DNA from: Hydrurus foetidus
Taxonomy: Eukaryota
Assembly (NCBI GenBank): GCA_900617105.1
Contig: UYFQ01000010.1
Coordinates: 62,001 to 126,000 of the forward strand
DNA: 64,000 bases
Reading direction: 5' to 3'
Shown here: positions 47,208-58,633 of the stretch, piece by piece
How the letters are laid out: each line of letters starts with the position of its first letter
Numbering within the stretch: position 1 is the first letter of the stretch
Program-made: the position numbers and the translations under genes
Notes under the pieces: model-generated
Seen by the model: the letters and a program-made list of their open reading frames with translations, nothing else
Databases searched by the model: none
Told to the model about the DNA's origin: nothing

Positions 47208-49529
47208 ATGATTGCCCAAGAATTGGAAGTCAGCTTGCACATGGCGTTTGTCGAAGCGCGGCAACAGCGACATGAGTTCATCACCGTAGAGCACTTGCTG
47301 CTGGCGCTGCTGGATAACCCCAGCGCCGCCGAAGTGTTGCGCGCTTGCGCGGCCAACATTGACGACCTGCGCAAGTCGCTCAGCAACTTCATCAAAGACA
47401 ACACGCCCCAGGTTGCGGGCGCCGACGAAGTGGACACCCAACCCACGCTGGGTTTCCAGCGCGTGATCCAGCGCGCCATCATGCATGTGCAGTCCACTGG
47501 CAGTGGCAAAAAAGAAGTGACCGGTGCCAATGTGCTCGTGGCTATCTTTGGTGAAAAGGATTCGCACGCGGTGTACTACCTGCATCAGCAGGGCGTCACT
47601 CGTTTGGATGTGGTGAACTTCATTGCCCACGGCATCAAGAAGAGCGATCCTCCTGAAGCCACGAAGTCCAGCGAAAACCCTGCGGAAGCGGAGGAGGGTA
47701 GTTCTGAGAAGAACGAGAAGGCCTCTCCGCTGGAGCAGTACACCCAAAACCTGAATCAACTCGCCAAAGAAGGCAAGATCGATCCGCTGATCGGCCGGGA
47801 GTATGAGGTCGAGCGGGTGATCCAGATTCTGTGCCGCCGCCGCAAGAACAACCCGCTGTTGGTGGGTGAGGCCGGTGTTGGCAAAACCGCAATTGCCGAG
47901 GGCTTGGCATGGCGCATTTCGCAAAACGAAGTGCCTGAAATCCTGGCCGACTCCGTGGTTTATTCGCTGGACATGGGCGCGTTGCTGGCAGGGACCAAAT
48001 ACCGGGGTGACTTCGAACAACGCCTGAAAGGTGTTTTGAAGGCACTCAAGGACAGGCCCAATGCCGTGCTGTTCATTGATGAGATTCACACCTTGATTGG
48101 CGCAGGCGCCGCATCAGGCGGTACGCTGGATGCTTCCAACCTGCTCAAACCCAGCCTGAGCTCGGGCCAGCTCAAATGCATTGGTGCGACTACATTCACC
48201 GAATACCGCGGTATTTTCGAAAAAGATGCTGCGCTCTCTCGTCGTTTCCAGAAGGTGGATGTGGTGGAACCCACCATCGACCAGACCGTGGAAATTCTCA
48301 AGGGTTTGAAGTCGCGCTTCGAAGAGCACCACAACGTGAAGTACGCCGTTGCGGCCCTGCAGGCGGCGGCGGAGCTGAGTGCCAAGTACATCAACGATCG
48401 CCACCTGCCGGACAAAGCCATCGACGTGATCGATGAGGCCGGTGCGGCCCAGCGCATTTTGGCGCCGAGCAAGCGCAAGAAGACCATCACCAAGACAGAG
48501 GTGGAAGACATCGTGGCGAAAATTGCACGTATTCCCCCGGCCAATGTGTCGAACGACGACCGTGGCAAGCTGAAAACTTTGGAGCGTGATCTCAAGAGTG
48601 TTGTGTTTGGCCAGGACAAGGCGTTGGATGTGTTGGCTTCTGCAGTCAAGATGGCGCGTTCCGGTTTGGGCCGGGGCGACAAACCCATTGGCTCCTTCCT
48701 GTTCAGCGGTCCCACGGGTGTGGGCAAGACCGAAGCCGCCAAGCAGCTGGCCTACATCATGGGCATCGAATTGATTCGCTTTGACATGAGCGAGTACATG
48801 GAACGCCATGCGGTGAGCCGTCTGATTGGTGCGCCTCCCGGCTATGTTGGCTTTGACCAGGGTGGTTTGCTCACCGAAGCCGTGACCAAGAAGCCGCATG
48901 CCGTGCTGCTGTTGGACGAAATTGAAAAAGCCCACCCGGACATTTTCAATGTGCTGTTGCAGGTGATGGACCATGGGTCTTTGACCGACAACAATGGCCG
49001 CAAGGCAGACTTCCGCAACATCATTGTCATCATGACGACGAATGCGGGCGCCGAGACCATGAACAAGGCAAGCATTGGTTTCACCAACCCGCGTGAGGCG
49101 GGTGACGAAATGATGGACATCAAACGCCTGTTCACACCTGAGTTCCGCAACCGCCTGGATGCCATTGTCGGATTCAAGGCGCTGGACGAAGTGGTGATCC
49201 TACGTGTGGTTGATAAGTTCCTGCTGCAGCTGGAGACCCAACTGGCTGAGAAGAAAGTGGATGTGACCTTTACCGACAAGCTACGCAAGCACTTGGCGAA
49301 GACGGGCTTTGATCCTTTGATGGGCGCACGCCCCATGCAGCGCCTGATTCAGGACACGATTCGCCGGGCCTTGGCCGATGAGTTGTTGTTTGGCCGCCTG
49401 GTGGACGGTGGTCGTTTGACGGTGGATATCGACGATCGGGAAGAAGGTAAGGCTGAGGTCACTCTAGATATTCAGCCACTGCCAAAGAAAGAGGGCAAGT
49501 CCAAGCCCGAGGAAGCGACTGCGGGCTAA
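47208..49529 (+). CDS. clpA: ATP-dependent Clp protease ATP-binding subunit ClpA
   Basis: Two AAA modules ([16 protein letters not shown]); follows clpS. Confidence 0.97.
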   Translation: MIAQELEVSLHMAFVEARQQRHEFITVEHLLLALLDNPSAAEVLRACAANIDDLRKSLSNFIKDNTPQVAGADEVDTQPTLGFQRVIQRAIMHVQSTGSGKKEVTGANVLVAIFGEKDSHAVYYLHQQGVTRLDVVNFIAHGIKKSDPPEATKSSENPAEAEEGSSEKNEKASPLEQYTQNLNQLAKEGKIDPLIGREYEVERVIQILCRRRKNNPLLVGEAGVGKTAIAEGLAWRISQNEVPEILADSVVYSLDMGALLAGTKYRGDFEQRLKGVLKALKDRPNAVLFIDEIHTLIGAGAASGGTLDASNLLKPSLSSGQLKCIGATTFTEYRGIFEKDAALSRRFQKVDVVEPTIDQTVEILKGLKSRFEEHHNVKYAVAALQAAAELSAKYINDRHLPDKAIDVIDEAGAAQRILAPSKRKKTITKTEVEDIVAKIARIPPANVSNDDRGKLKTLERDLKSVVFGQDKALDVLASAVKMARSGLGRGDKPIGSFLFSGPTGVGKTEAAKQLAYIMGIELIRFDMSEYMERHAVSRLIGAPPGYVGFDQGGLLTEAVTKKPHAVLLLDEIEKAHPDIFNVLLQVMDHGSLTDNNGRKADFRNIIVIMTTNAGAETMNKASIGFTNPREAGDEMMDIKRLFTPEFRNRLDAIVGFKALDEVVILRVVDKFLLQLETQLAEKKVDVTFTDKLRKHLAKTGFDPLMGARPMQRLIQDTIRRALADELLFGRLVDGGRLTVDIDDREEGKAEVTLDIQPLPKKEGKSKPEEATAG

Positions 49530-49549
49530 CACCCGCAGTGCATTCGGTC

Positions 49550-50038
49550 TCAGTTCTGTTGGAACTGGGACCGAATGGCTTCCACCCGGTGGCGGTTTAC
49601 GCCCCAGTCGCCGCGGCCAATGCGGCTTGCTGAGCGCACGTGAATCACCTTCGCCGTGTCATCCAGCCAAAATTCCACATCATCGGTAAATTGCAGCCAA
49701 TGCGTGCTGCTTTGCGCATACAGGTAATGGTCAGAGGCTGTGACCAGCACCGTGCCACCAGAGCTTTTCAGAATGGCTGCCAGCTTGGCCATGGCCACTG
49801 TGCCATCGCCTTGGTAGGCCAGCGGCGCAATGCCGGCGTAGGCAAGCTGACGGTGCTCAGGGTACAAATTGGCCTGGCTGCTAACGCTATTGGGTGCCAA
49901 TGCCGGTGGCTTGAGCCGGCCGTCCTTTACTCCCAGATCGCCTGGTGCAGTGCCCGCGAGGAACCCCAACTGCCCCAACGCCAATAGCAGAGCGGTCAAG
50001 ATGAGCAGGGTGACCATAAGCAAGCGCAAGGTTTTCAT
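49550..50038 (-). CDS. DUF1499 family protein
   Basis: PNSVSSQ, FTDDVEF and RSASRIGRGDWGVNR. Confidence 0.85.
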   Translation of the reverse strand: MKTLRLLMVTLLILTALLLALGQLGFLAGTAPGDLGVKDGRLKPPALAPNSVSSQANLYPEHRQLAYAGIAPLAYQGDGTVAMAKLAAILKSSGGTVLVTASDHYLYAQSSTHWLQFTDDVEFWLDDTAKVIHVRSASRIGRGDWGVNRHRVEAIRSQFQQN

Positions 50039-50199
50039 GGCCCCATCCTATGGTTTGACGCCGATGCGGTCCAGCATTTGTTTCTCCTCGCCACCGTTGG
50101 CGCGTACCGCCCGCAAGATAATGTTGGCTTGCAACGCATTACTTCGGCCTTAAGGCGAGCGTGGTTTGAATTGTTGTTAACAAGATGGGGGCATTCATA

Positions 50200-51135
50200 G
50201 TGAATTGGGACAGTGCGCGGTGTTGGTTGGCCGTTGGCGGCTTGGGGCTGATGTTGGCGGGATGTGCTTCTGTGCCCCCCGCGGACAACAACGCTGTGCC
50301 CGTGATCGTGGTGCCTCAGGCTGGCGGTATTCCGCAAGTGGTGGTGACCAAGTTGCCCCCCCGGATTGGTTTGGCCTTGGGCGGTGGTGCGGCCCGTGGC
50401 TTTGCCCACGTGGGCGTGATCCAGGTGCTGGAAGAAAACGGCATTCGCCCGGTTTTGGTCACGGGTACGTCGGCGGGCAGCTTGGTGGCTGCCATTTACG
50501 CCAGTGGCAAGACGGGCGCCCAGTTGCAGCAGGTGGCAGAGTCCATGGAAGAAGCAGCCATTACCGACTGGACCTTGCCCATTTTCAGCCGCGGCATGCT
50601 GCGTGGGGAGGCGCTGGCCCGGTATGTGAATAGTCAGGTGGGGTCCCGCCGGATTGAGGACTTGCCCATGCCGCTGGGTATTGTGGCGACCGATCTCAAT
50701 ACGGGTAAAGGTGTGTTGTTTCAGCGCGGTGACACGGGGACCGCAGTGCGCGCGTCCAGCGCGGTGCCCGCTTTGTTCCAGCCCGTGCGGATTTCGGGGC
50801 ATGACTATGTGGATGGCGGCCTGGTCTCGCCGGTACCCGTGGGGGCGGCCCGAAAAATGGGGGCCGAGCTGGTGATTGCGGTGGACATTTCCAACATGCC
50901 CGAAGGCAGCCTGACCGGCGGAACGCTGGAAATTCTGCTCCAGACCTTTTCCATCATGGGTAAAAGCATCAACAACTTTGAGCTGCGCGACGCGGACATT
51001 GTGGTGCGTCCAGCACTCATGGGCGTGAGCAGCGCGGACTTTGGTGCCCGCAAACGTTCGATCGAGGCGGGACGCCAAGCCATGCTGCGCATGATGCCCG
51101 ATCTCAAGGCGGCCATAGCAGCGCACATGCGCTGA
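50200..51135 (+). CDS. Patatin-like phospholipase lipoprotein
   Basis: Lipobox LAGC; GGGAARG, GTSAG and DGG. Confidence 0.92.
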   Translation: MNWDSARCWLAVGGLGLMLAGCASVPPADNNAVPVIVVPQAGGIPQVVVTKLPPRIGLALGGGAARGFAHVGVIQVLEENGIRPVLVTGTSAGSLVAAIYASGKTGAQLQQVAESMEEAAITDWTLPIFSRGMLRGEALARYVNSQVGSRRIEDLPMPLGIVATDLNTGKGVLFQRGDTGTAVRASSAVPALFQPVRISGHDYVDGGLVSPVPVGAARKMGAELVIAVDISNMPEGSLTGGTLEILLQTFSIMGKSINNFELRDADIVVRPALMGVSSADFGARKRSIEAGRQAMLRMMPDLKAAIAAHMR

Positions 51136-51164
51136 ACGCGCGGTTTACCGGTTTGTGAACGGCC

Positions 51165-51270
51165 AAAAAAAAGGCCCCGTCTTACAACGAGGCCTTGAAG
51201 GGATCCCTGAACCTGAAGGTTTCGAAAGGACCCGAGGAGACAACCGGTGGAAACAAACTTTGTTTCCGTT
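51165..51270 (-). ncRNA. Candidate small RNA with GUUGUCUCCUC motif (betaproteobacterial CUCCUC-type)
   Basis: GATAAT -10-like element, 5' hairpin, GTTGTCTCCTC, central hairpin, terminator with U8. Confidence 0.6.
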
Positions 51271-51351
51271 GACTGAATTATCTCAGGGTTTTCCCTCGGT
51301 AGCTAGGGAAAAGGCTCAAATTTTTGAAAAATCTTTGAGCCCTTGCCTGAA

Positions 51352-51900
51352 TTAACGCTTTTTGGCAGCGGCCTTGGTGGCGTTGGTCGCGGTGGCGGCC
51401 ACAGAGTTGAAGTTGGCTTCGGCCACATCAGTCGCTTGCTTCACCGCTTTTTGCACAGATTCCAGAGCGTTGTTGGCAGCAGCCACAGAGCTCTTCAGGA
51501 TCGCCACAGCCGCTTCGGAACCGGCGGGAGCGTTCTTGGCGGCGCTGTCGACCAAGCTAGCAAATTTGTTTTGGGCTTCAGCCGCTTGGCCTTCCATAGA
51601 CTTGGTCAGCTCGGCGCTGGCGCCAGAAGCGATGTCATACAGGTGGCGGCTGTAAGCAGCCGTCTTTTCAGCCAAAGGCTGCAGCAGACCGGATTGCAGG
51701 GCCAGCAGTTCCTGGGCATCTTTCACGCTCAACATGGACTGGGTGTGGCCAGCGACTTCGGACAGGGCTGCCTTGGAGGCAGTCAGGTTCAATTCAACGA
51801 TTTTTTCCACGCCTTCGAAGGCCTTGTTGGTCAGACCAAACAGGGTTTCGATGTTGGCTTTGTGGGAAGCGATTACTTGTTCGACGGTCAGCATGTTCAT
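51352..51900 (-). CDS. phaP: Phasin (PHA granule protein)
   Basis: [22 protein letters not shown] and [10 protein letters not shown]. Confidence 0.92.
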   Translation of the reverse strand: MNMLTVEQVIASHKANIETLFGLTNKAFEGVEKIVELNLTASKAALSEVAGHTQSMLSVKDAQELLALQSGLLQPLAEKTAAYSRHLYDIASGASAELTKSMEGQAAEAQNKFASLVDSAAKNAPAGSEAAVAILKSSVAAANNALESVQKAVKQATDVAEANFNSVAATATNATKAAAKKR

Positions 51901-51960
51901 TCTCCAGTAGTTAAAGTAAAAATCACTATCTGCTCCGTAACCTGGCCCTGAGGCTTGTCT

Positions 51961-52036
51961 ATGTTGCAGTGCAGCATGAGTTGCATTGTATCGATGCTGC
52001 AGTGCAATGCAAGTGTTTTATGTTGCGGTGCAGCAT
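51961..52036. promoter_or_regulatory. Three PhaR-type operator palindromes
   Basis: ATGTTGCAGTGCAGCAT, ATGCTGCAGTGCAATGC and ATGTTGCGGTGCAGCAT upstream of phaP. Confidence 0.75.
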
Positions 52037-52134
52037 TTTAGACGCATAGACCTAGAAGCCCAGCAATTCACATCCGTGTCATGCCGCTGTGTGAGGCCCG
52101 CAAACGGGCCGCATTGCGCTGGCAAAATGGACGC

Positions 52135-52581
52135 ATGGACAACGTCGCCCCCGCCCCCAAACCCCACCCCGAACTGCGCAGCGCCTACAAGGCCTTCCGC
52201 CCCATTGCCACCCGCTGGTCCGACAACGATGTTTACGGTCATGTGAACAACGTCGTGTACTACAGCTGGTTCGATACCGCGGTGAATGCCCACTTGATCG
52301 AGCAGGGCGTGCTCGACATCCATGGGGGCAGCACCATTGGCCTGGTGGTGGAGACGCAGTGCAACTACTTTGCTTCGCTGGCCTTTCCGCAAACCGTACA
52401 CGCGGGCATTCGGGTGGCCAAGCTGGGCGCGTCGAGCGTGCGCTACGAGGTGGGCATCTTTGGCGACGGTGAGCTGACCGCGGCCAAGGGCCACTTCATC
52501 CACGTCTATGTAGACCAGTTAACGCGCAAGCCGGTGGCACTGCCGGCCGACCTCAAAAAAGTACTGGAGACCCTTGTATGA
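52135..52581 (+). CDS. Acyl-CoA thioesterase (4HBT family)
   Basis: [13 protein letters not shown]. Confidence 0.9.
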   Translation: MDNVAPAPKPHPELRSAYKAFRPIATRWSDNDVYGHVNNVVYYSWFDTAVNAHLIEQGVLDIHGGSTIGLVVETQCNYFASLAFPQTVHAGIRVAKLGASSVRYEVGIFGDGELTAAKGHFIHVYVDQLTRKPVALPADLKKVLETLV

Positions 52582-53273
52582 CCGCTTCTGTGGTGGACCA
52601 CGCCATGACCTCGCGCATGTCGGCGCGGGCCTTTACCAGCCAGGCCGTGGCGCGGTCCGATATCGAGGCCATTCTGGATGTGGCCAGCCGCGCCCCCAGT
52701 GGTACCAACTGCCAGCCCTGGAAGGTGTATGTGCTGCAGGGCGCCAGCCGAGACGGCCTGGTGCAGCAGGTGTGCACGGCGCACGACGCCATCCGCGCCA
52801 ACCCCGCGCTGGCGGCGGAGTACCAGGAGGCCTATGACTACTACCCTGCGCAGTGGGTCAGCCCCTATATAGACCGCCGTCGCGAGAACGGTTGGGGCCT
52901 GTACGGCCTGCTGGGCATTGGCAAGACCGACAAGGACAAGATGCACGCGCAGCACCAGCGCAACTTCCGTTTCTTTGATGCGCCGGTGGGGCTGATGTTC
53001 ACGGTGGATAAGGTCATGGGTCGCGGCTCGCTGGTGGACTATGGCGCGTTTTTGCAGAGCATCATGGTGGCGGCGCGCGGGCGTGGGCTGCACACCTGCC
53101 CTCAGGCCGCGTGGAATAGCTTTGCCAAAATCATCCTGCCGCATATCGGCGCGGGCGAGGGCGAAATGCTGGTCTGCGGCATGTCGCTGGGCTATGCCGA
53201 CCCACAGGCGCCGGTGAACGAATTCCATACGCCGCGCGTGCCGGTGGGAGATTTCACCCGATGGCTGAACTGA
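52578..53273 (+). CDS. Nitroreductase family protein
   Basis: [17 protein letters not shown] and FFDAP. Confidence 0.9.
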   Translation: MTASVVDHAMTSRMSARAFTSQAVARSDIEAILDVASRAPSGTNCQPWKVYVLQGASRDGLVQQVCTAHDAIRANPALAAEYQEAYDYYPAQWVSPYIDRRRENGWGLYGLLGIGKTDKDKMHAQHQRNFRFFDAPVGLMFTVDKVMGRGSLVDYGAFLQSIMVAARGRGLHTCPQAAWNSFAKIILPHIGAGEGEMLVCGMSLGYADPQAPVNEFHTPRVPVGDFTRWLN

Positions 53274-53294
53274 AGGCGCTAAATTTATACGAAA

Positions 53295-53347
53295 ATGGGC
53301 TCTAGCCCCCGGGAGTGCTGCGCAAGCAGCTACTAAAAGCATAGCAA
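53295..53347 (+). repeat. 53-bp repeat, copy 4 (intergenic)
   Basis: ATGGGCTCTAGCCCCCGGGAGTGCTGCGCAAGCAGCTACTAAAAGCATAGCAA. Confidence 0.85.
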
Positions 53348-53381
53348 TTCATCGGCCCCCATCTGGGCCCTCTGTCACACC

Positions 53382-54590
53382 ATGATCATCACCAGCCTTC
53401 TGGACACGGACCTCTACAAGTTCACCATGATGCAGGTCGTGCTGCACCAGTTTCCGGGTGCGCAGGTGGAGTACCGCTTCAAGTGCCGCAACCCCGGGGT
53501 CAACCTGGCGCCGCACGCAGCGGAGATCCGCGAGGAAATCCGTTCGCTGTGCGGGCTGCATTTCCAGGACAGCGAGCTGGTGTATCTCCGCTCGATGCGC
53601 TTTATCAAAAGCGACTTTGTGGACTTTCTGGGCCTGTTCAAGCTCAACGAAAAGTACATCACCGTGACCCCGCTGCCCACGGGCGAGCTGGAGATCGTGA
53701 TCGAAGGCCCCTGGCTGCACACCATCCTGTTCGAGATCCCGGTGCTGGCCATCGTCAACGAGGTGTACTTCCGCAACACCCAGCAGGTGCCAGATTTTGT
53801 AGAAGGACGCAAGCGCCTGGACACCAAGATTGCCGAGCTGCGGGCCGAGGGCCTGGCCGAACTCAAAATTGCCGACTACGGCACACGCCGCCGCTTCTCG
53901 CGCGCCTGGCACGACGAGGTGCTGCGCGTGCTGACTGCCAAGCTGGGCACCGTGCAAAGCCCGGGCCAAGCCAAGGGCCAGCCGGGACAACTGGCGGGCA
54001 CCAGCAATGTGCTGCTGGCCATGAAGCTGGGACTGATTCCGCTGGGCACCATGGCGCACGAGTATTTGCAGGCCTCGCAGGCGCTGGGGCCACGGCTGCG
54101 TGACAGTCAGATTTTTTCGTTTGAATCGTGGGCGCGCGAATACCGCGGCGACCTGGGCATTGCGCTCAGCGACGTGTACGGCATGGACGCTTTTCTGCGC
54201 GACTTTGACATGTACTTCTGCAAGCTGTTTGACGGCGCACGCCACGACAGCGGCGACCCGTTCAACTGGGGCGAGCGCATGCTGGAGCACTACAGCCGCA
54301 ACCGCGTGGACCCGCGCACCAAGACGCTGATCTTCAGCGACGGCCTGACCGTGCCGCGCACCATTGCGCTGTACCAGCAGTTCCGCGGGCGCTGCCAGCT
54401 GGCGTTTGGCATTGGCACCAACCTGACCAACGACTTGGGTTACGAGCCCTTGCAAATTGTCATCAAGATGGTGCGCTGCAACGGCCAGCCGGTGGCCAAG
54501 CTGTCGGATACTCCCTCCAAGAACATGTGTGATGATGAAAAGTACCTGGCCTACCTGCGCCAGGTGTTCCAGATCGCCACGCCCACCTGA
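53382..54590 (+). CDS. pncB: Nicotinate phosphoribosyltransferase
   Basis: [31 protein letters not shown] and FGIGT. Confidence 0.96.
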   Translation: MIITSLLDTDLYKFTMMQVVLHQFPGAQVEYRFKCRNPGVNLAPHAAEIREEIRSLCGLHFQDSELVYLRSMRFIKSDFVDFLGLFKLNEKYITVTPLPTGELEIVIEGPWLHTILFEIPVLAIVNEVYFRNTQQVPDFVEGRKRLDTKIAELRAEGLAELKIADYGTRRRFSRAWHDEVLRVLTAKLGTVQSPGQAKGQPGQLAGTSNVLLAMKLGLIPLGTMAHEYLQASQALGPRLRDSQIFSFESWAREYRGDLGIALSDVYGMDAFLRDFDMYFCKLFDGARHDSGDPFNWGERMLEHYSRNRVDPRTKTLIFSDGLTVPRTIALYQQFRGRCQLAFGIGTNLTNDLGYEPLQIVIKMVRCNGQPVAKLSDTPSKNMCDDEKYLAYLRQVFQIATPT

Positions 54591-54635
54591 GCGACGCCAC
54601 TGTCGCCGCCCGCTGTCACAACCCTTCGTACCACC

Positions 54636-55628
54636 ATGACCTTGCCCCGCATTCTCGTCACCCGCGCCATTTACCCCGATGTGCTGGAGCACCTGAGCCA
54701 GCATTTCGAGGTCGAATCCAACCAGGCTGACGAGGTTTGGGATGCTGACGCGTTGCTTGCCAAGCTGCAAGGCAAGGTGGGCGTGCTGACCACGGGCGGT
54801 GAGCGCATCGACACAGCCCTGTTGGCCGCCTGTCCAGGGCTCAAGATCTGCGCCAATATGGCAGTGGGGTACAACAACTTCGACGTACCCGCCATGACCG
54901 CTGCCGGCGTGCAGGGCACCAATGCGCCCGATGTGCTGACCGAGACCACCGCTGACTTTGGCTTCGCGCTGCTGATGGCCACGGCCCGCCGCCTGACCGA
55001 GAGCGAGCATTACCTGCGCGCCGGCCAGTGGAAGCGCTGGCGCTACGACATGTTTTGCGGCTCGGACATCCACGGCTCCACCATGGGCGTCATTGGCATG
55101 GGTCGTATTGGCCAGGCGATTGCGCGCCGCGGTGCGCTGGGCTTTGGCATGCAGGTGATCTACCACAACCGCAGCCGCCTGGACGCCGCCACCGAGGCTG
55201 CCTGCGGTGCCCGTTATGTGGACAAGGACACGCTGTTGCAGACGGCAGACCACGTGGTGCTGGTGGTGCCGTATTCACCCGCCTCGCACCACACCATCGG
55301 TGCGGCCGAACTTGCCCGCATGAAGCCCACGGCCACGCTCATCAACATTGCCCGCGGCGGCATCGTGGACGACGCCGCGCTGGCCGTAGCCCTGCGCGAG
55401 CGGCGCATTGCCGCGGCGGGGCTGGATGTGTTTGAAGGCGAACCCCAGGTGCACCCTGACCTGCTGACCGTGCCCAACGTGGTGCTGACCCCGCACATTG
55501 CCAGCGCCACCGAGCGCACGCGCCGTGCCATGGCCAAGCTGGCGGCAGACAACCTGGTGGCCTACCTGTTGCAGGGCAAGCCACTGACCCCAGTGAACAC
55601 CGTGCCCAACGCGGTGGCTGCACTATGA
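54636..55628 (+). CDS. D-glycerate dehydrogenase / glyoxylate reductase
   Basis: AVGYNN, GMGRIG, NIARG and PHIASA. Confidence 0.9.
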   Translation: MTLPRILVTRAIYPDVLEHLSQHFEVESNQADEVWDADALLAKLQGKVGVLTTGGERIDTALLAACPGLKICANMAVGYNNFDVPAMTAAGVQGTNAPDVLTETTADFGFALLMATARRLTESEHYLRAGQWKRWRYDMFCGSDIHGSTMGVIGMGRIGQAIARRGALGFGMQVIYHNRSRLDAATEAACGARYVDKDTLLQTADHVVLVVPYSPASHHTIGAAELARMKPTATLINIARGGIVDDAALAVALRERRIAAAGLDVFEGEPQVHPDLLTVPNVVLTPHIASATERTRRAMAKLAADNLVAYLLQGKPLTPVNTVPNAVAAL

Positions 55629-58546
55629 GCAACTGGCGCGCACTCTGGCTGGGTGAGCCTGGCGCAGCCTCCGCCGCGGCAGATGCGCAGGGCATGGCCG
55701 GCATAGGCGCGGTAGCGCGCGGCTTCAACGCCACCATCTTCATGACCTGCGGGCTGGTGGTGGTGGCGGCCTATGTGCTGGGCCTGTTCTCGGATACGCC
55801 CAACCTGGTCACCATGGCGGTGCTGGTCACCATGGCCGCACTGGTGCAGGTATTTCTGGTGCGGGGCTGGGTGCGGTCCAGCTCGGTGGTGGTGCTGCTG
55901 CTGCTGTTCACCGGGGTGTTCTCTTCCATGGTGCGCTTTGGCACCATCAACATTGCCCAGGCCGCAGTGGCCGGCATTCCGCTGATTTACTGCGTGGTGA
56001 TTCTGGGCGAGCGTGCGGGGCTGGCACTGCTGCTGCTGTCTGCGGCGGGTAGCGGCTGGATCACTTGGGCACAGGTGCACGGCACGCTCAAGCCCTCGGC
56101 CCCCACCATTCCCGCGGCGCAGTGGGTCATCCTGTCGATGGGCTTTGTGGTGGCCTACCGCATGGCGGTGCTCATCAAGAGGCATTTGCTGGACACCTCG
56201 CTGCGTGTCAATGCGGCGCAAAAAATGCTGCTCGACGAGCGCGAGACCAGCAGCGCCCGCGTGCTCAAGGCCCTGTCCGAGCTGGAACGTCAGCGCTATG
56301 TGATCGACCAGCACGCCATCGTCAGCATCATGGACCTCAACGGCCTGCTGACCTATGGCAACCAGAAGTTCGTGGAAGTGACCGGCTATGTGCCGCAGGA
56401 ATTTTTGGGCACGCACTACCGCATGATGGATTCGGGCCAGCACGGCGAGCGCTTTTTTGCCGACCTGATTCACACCATCTCGCAGGGCAAGGTATGGCGC
56501 TCGGAGCTGTGCAACCGCGCCAAGGACGGTACGGTGTACTGGCTGGACACCACGGTGGCCGCCTTCATGAACAGCGACGGCACGCCGCGCGAGTACATCA
56601 CCGTCAGCACCGACATCACCCAACTGCGCCAGGCCGAACAGTCAGCCCACGCGGCCAGCCGGGCCAAGTCGGAGTTTCTGGCGAATATGAGCCACGAAAT
56701 CCGCACGCCCATGAACGGCGTGGTCGGCATGGTGGACATCTTGCGCGCCACGGAGCTCACGCGCGAACAGCGCCGCATGGTCAGCACCATCCAAGACTCG
56801 TCGATCGCGCTGCTGCAAATCCTCAACGACATCCTGGATTTTTCCAAGATCGAGGCCGACAAGCTGGAGGTGGAAGCCATGCCCACGCACCTGCGCGAGC
56901 TGGTGGAGGGCGTGGCCCAACTGATGGTGACCATCTCGGCCGGCAAAGACATTGACCTGTCGGTGCTGGTGGACCCCGACCTGCCCGAATGGGTGTGGGT
57001 GGACCCTACGCGCATGCGCCAGGTGCTCTATAACTTGTTGGGCAATGCGCTCAAGTTCACGCCCGGGCGGCCCGAGCGGCGTGGCAATGTGCGCCTGTAT
57101 GTGCGCGCTGCGCAGCAGACCCAGGGGCCGTCCACGCTGGAATTCAGCGTGATGGACAACGGCATTGGCATGGGCCCCGAGCTGGTGGACCGCCTGTTTG
57201 AGGCCTTTACCCAGGCCGACGTGGGCACGGCGCGCCAGTACGGCGGTACCGGCCTGGGCCTGTCCATCAGCCGCCGCCTGGTGGAGATGATGCACGGGCG
57301 CATCCTGGTGCACAGCACGCTGGGCGAGGGCTCGATCTTCACCGTGCTGCTACCGCTGTACGTGGCCACGCCAGACACCGCAACCCCGCGCAGCCTGAGC
57401 CTGGCGGGGGTGCAGGTCATGCTGGTGACCGACGACAACGACTGTGCCCAGGTACTGCCCGGCCATTTACGCGCGGCGGGCGCCGTGGTGCAGACGGCGC
57501 TAAGCCCGCAGCAGGCGCTGGGCTGGCAGGCCACGGCGGTGGGGCCTGCGGTGCTGGTGCTGGATGTGGGTACGCCCTGGGACGAGTCGACCGACCTGTG
57601 GAGCCAAAGCACCACCGGGCGTGGCGTGGTGCGCCTGGTGCGGCAAAACCAGAGCAGTGTGCCGGGCCGCTCGGTCACGGTGTGCGCGCGACCGCTGCAG
57701 GTCAACGAACTGGTGCGTGGCGTGGCCCTGGCCTGTGGCCGCCTGAGCGTGCCCGCCATGCTGCCCGGCCATGGGCTGGCCGAGAGCGTGGCCGTTGTTG
57801 TGCCCTCGGTGCAAGAGGCGCGCGAGGCCGGGCGCCTGATCTTGCTGGTGGAAGACAACGAAACCAACCGCGATGTGATGCTGGAGCAACTGCGCCTCCT
57901 GGGCTACGCGGCCGAGTACGCGCCGGATGGCGCCACCGCACTGAAGATGTGGGTCGTGGGCCGCTACGGCCTGATGCTGACGGACTGCCATATGCCGCAG
58001 ATGGATGGCTTTGCGCTGACCGAGGCGATCCGCCAGGCCGAAGACCCACATGAGCACATGCCCATCGTGGCCGTGACCGCCAATGCCATGGACGGCGAGC
58101 TGCAGCACTGCCTGGAGCGCGGCATGGACGACTACCTGACCAAGCCCCTGCGCCTGAGCGAGCTGGGCGCCATGCTGCTCAAGTGGCTGCCGCGTGACAC
58201 CGCGCCGGGCGAGACGCTGCCCCAGTGGGATAGTTTGGCCCTGAACCGCATGGTGGGCGAGAACCCCACCATGCACCGCCGCCTGCTGGACCGCTACATC
58301 ACCACCACCGCCGCGCAAATGACCGAGCTGGATGCCCTGCGTGCCGCGGCTGACCTCAAGGGTCTGGGTGCGTTGGGGCACAAGCTCAAATCATCCTCTC
58401 GCACCGTGGGGGCCATGCAGCTGGGCGCGCTGTGCCAGGCGCTGGAATCGCTGGCGCGCGAGGGGCAGAGCGTCCAGGCGCTGGAGCAGGTGGCGGCTAT
58501 CCAGCAGGCATTTGCAGACGTGGAGCCGCTGCTGCAAGGCCGTTAG
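55625..58546 (+). CDS. Membrane hybrid sensor kinase (TM-PAS-HisKA-HATPase-REC-HPt)
   Basis: FLANMSHEIRTPMN, NALKFT, GGTGLGL, DCHMPQMDG and HKLKSS. Confidence 0.93.
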   Translation: MSNWRALWLGEPGAASAAADAQGMAGIGAVARGFNATIFMTCGLVVVAAYVLGLFSDTPNLVTMAVLVTMAALVQVFLVRGWVRSSSVVVLLLLFTGVFSSMVRFGTINIAQAAVAGIPLIYCVVILGERAGLALLLLSAAGSGWITWAQVHGTLKPSAPTIPAAQWVILSMGFVVAYRMAVLIKRHLLDTSLRVNAAQKMLLDERETSSARVLKALSELERQRYVIDQHAIVSIMDLNGLLTYGNQKFVEVTGYVPQEFLGTHYRMMDSGQHGERFFADLIHTISQGKVWRSELCNRAKDGTVYWLDTTVAAFMNSDGTPREYITVSTDITQLRQAEQSAHAASRAKSEFLANMSHEIRTPMNGVVGMVDILRATELTREQRRMVSTIQDSSIALLQILNDILDFSKIEADKLEVEAMPTHLRELVEGVAQLMVTISAGKDIDLSVLVDPDLPEWVWVDPTRMRQVLYNLLGNALKFTPGRPERRGNVRLYVRAAQQTQGPSTLEFSVMDNGIGMGPELVDRLFEAFTQADVGTARQYGGTGLGLSISRRLVEMMHGRILVHSTLGEGSIFTVLLPLYVATPDTATPRSLSLAGVQVMLVTDDNDCAQVLPGHLRAAGAVVQTALSPQQALGWQATAVGPAVLVLDVGTPWDESTDLWSQSTTGRGVVRLVRQNQSSVPGRSVTVCARPLQVNELVRGVALACGRLSVPAMLPGHGLAESVAVVVPSVQEAREAGRLILLVEDNETNRDVMLEQLRLLGYAAEYAPDGATALKMWVVGRYGLMLTDCHMPQMDGFALTEAIRQAEDPHEHMPIVAVTANAMDGELQHCLERGMDDYLTKPLRLSELGAMLLKWLPRDTAPGETLPQWDSLALNRMVGENPTMHRRLLDRYITTTAAQMTELDALRAAADLKGLGALGHKLKSSSRTVGAMQLGALCQALESLAREGQSVQALEQVAAIQQAFADVEPLLQGR

Positions 58547-58547
58547 G

Positions 58548-58600
58548 TTGCTATCGAATCAGGAGCTGCTGGCGCAGTGTCTACGGGGGCTAGAGGCCTT
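58548..58600 (-). repeat. 53-bp repeat, copy 5 (intergenic, inverted)
   Basis: Reverse complement AAGGCCTCTAGCCCCCGTAGACACTGCGCCAGCAGCTCCTGATTCGATAGCAA. Confidence 0.85.
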
Positions 58601-58633
58601 TTTTATCTATAACTGAGTGAGAGTGAGGGCGGC

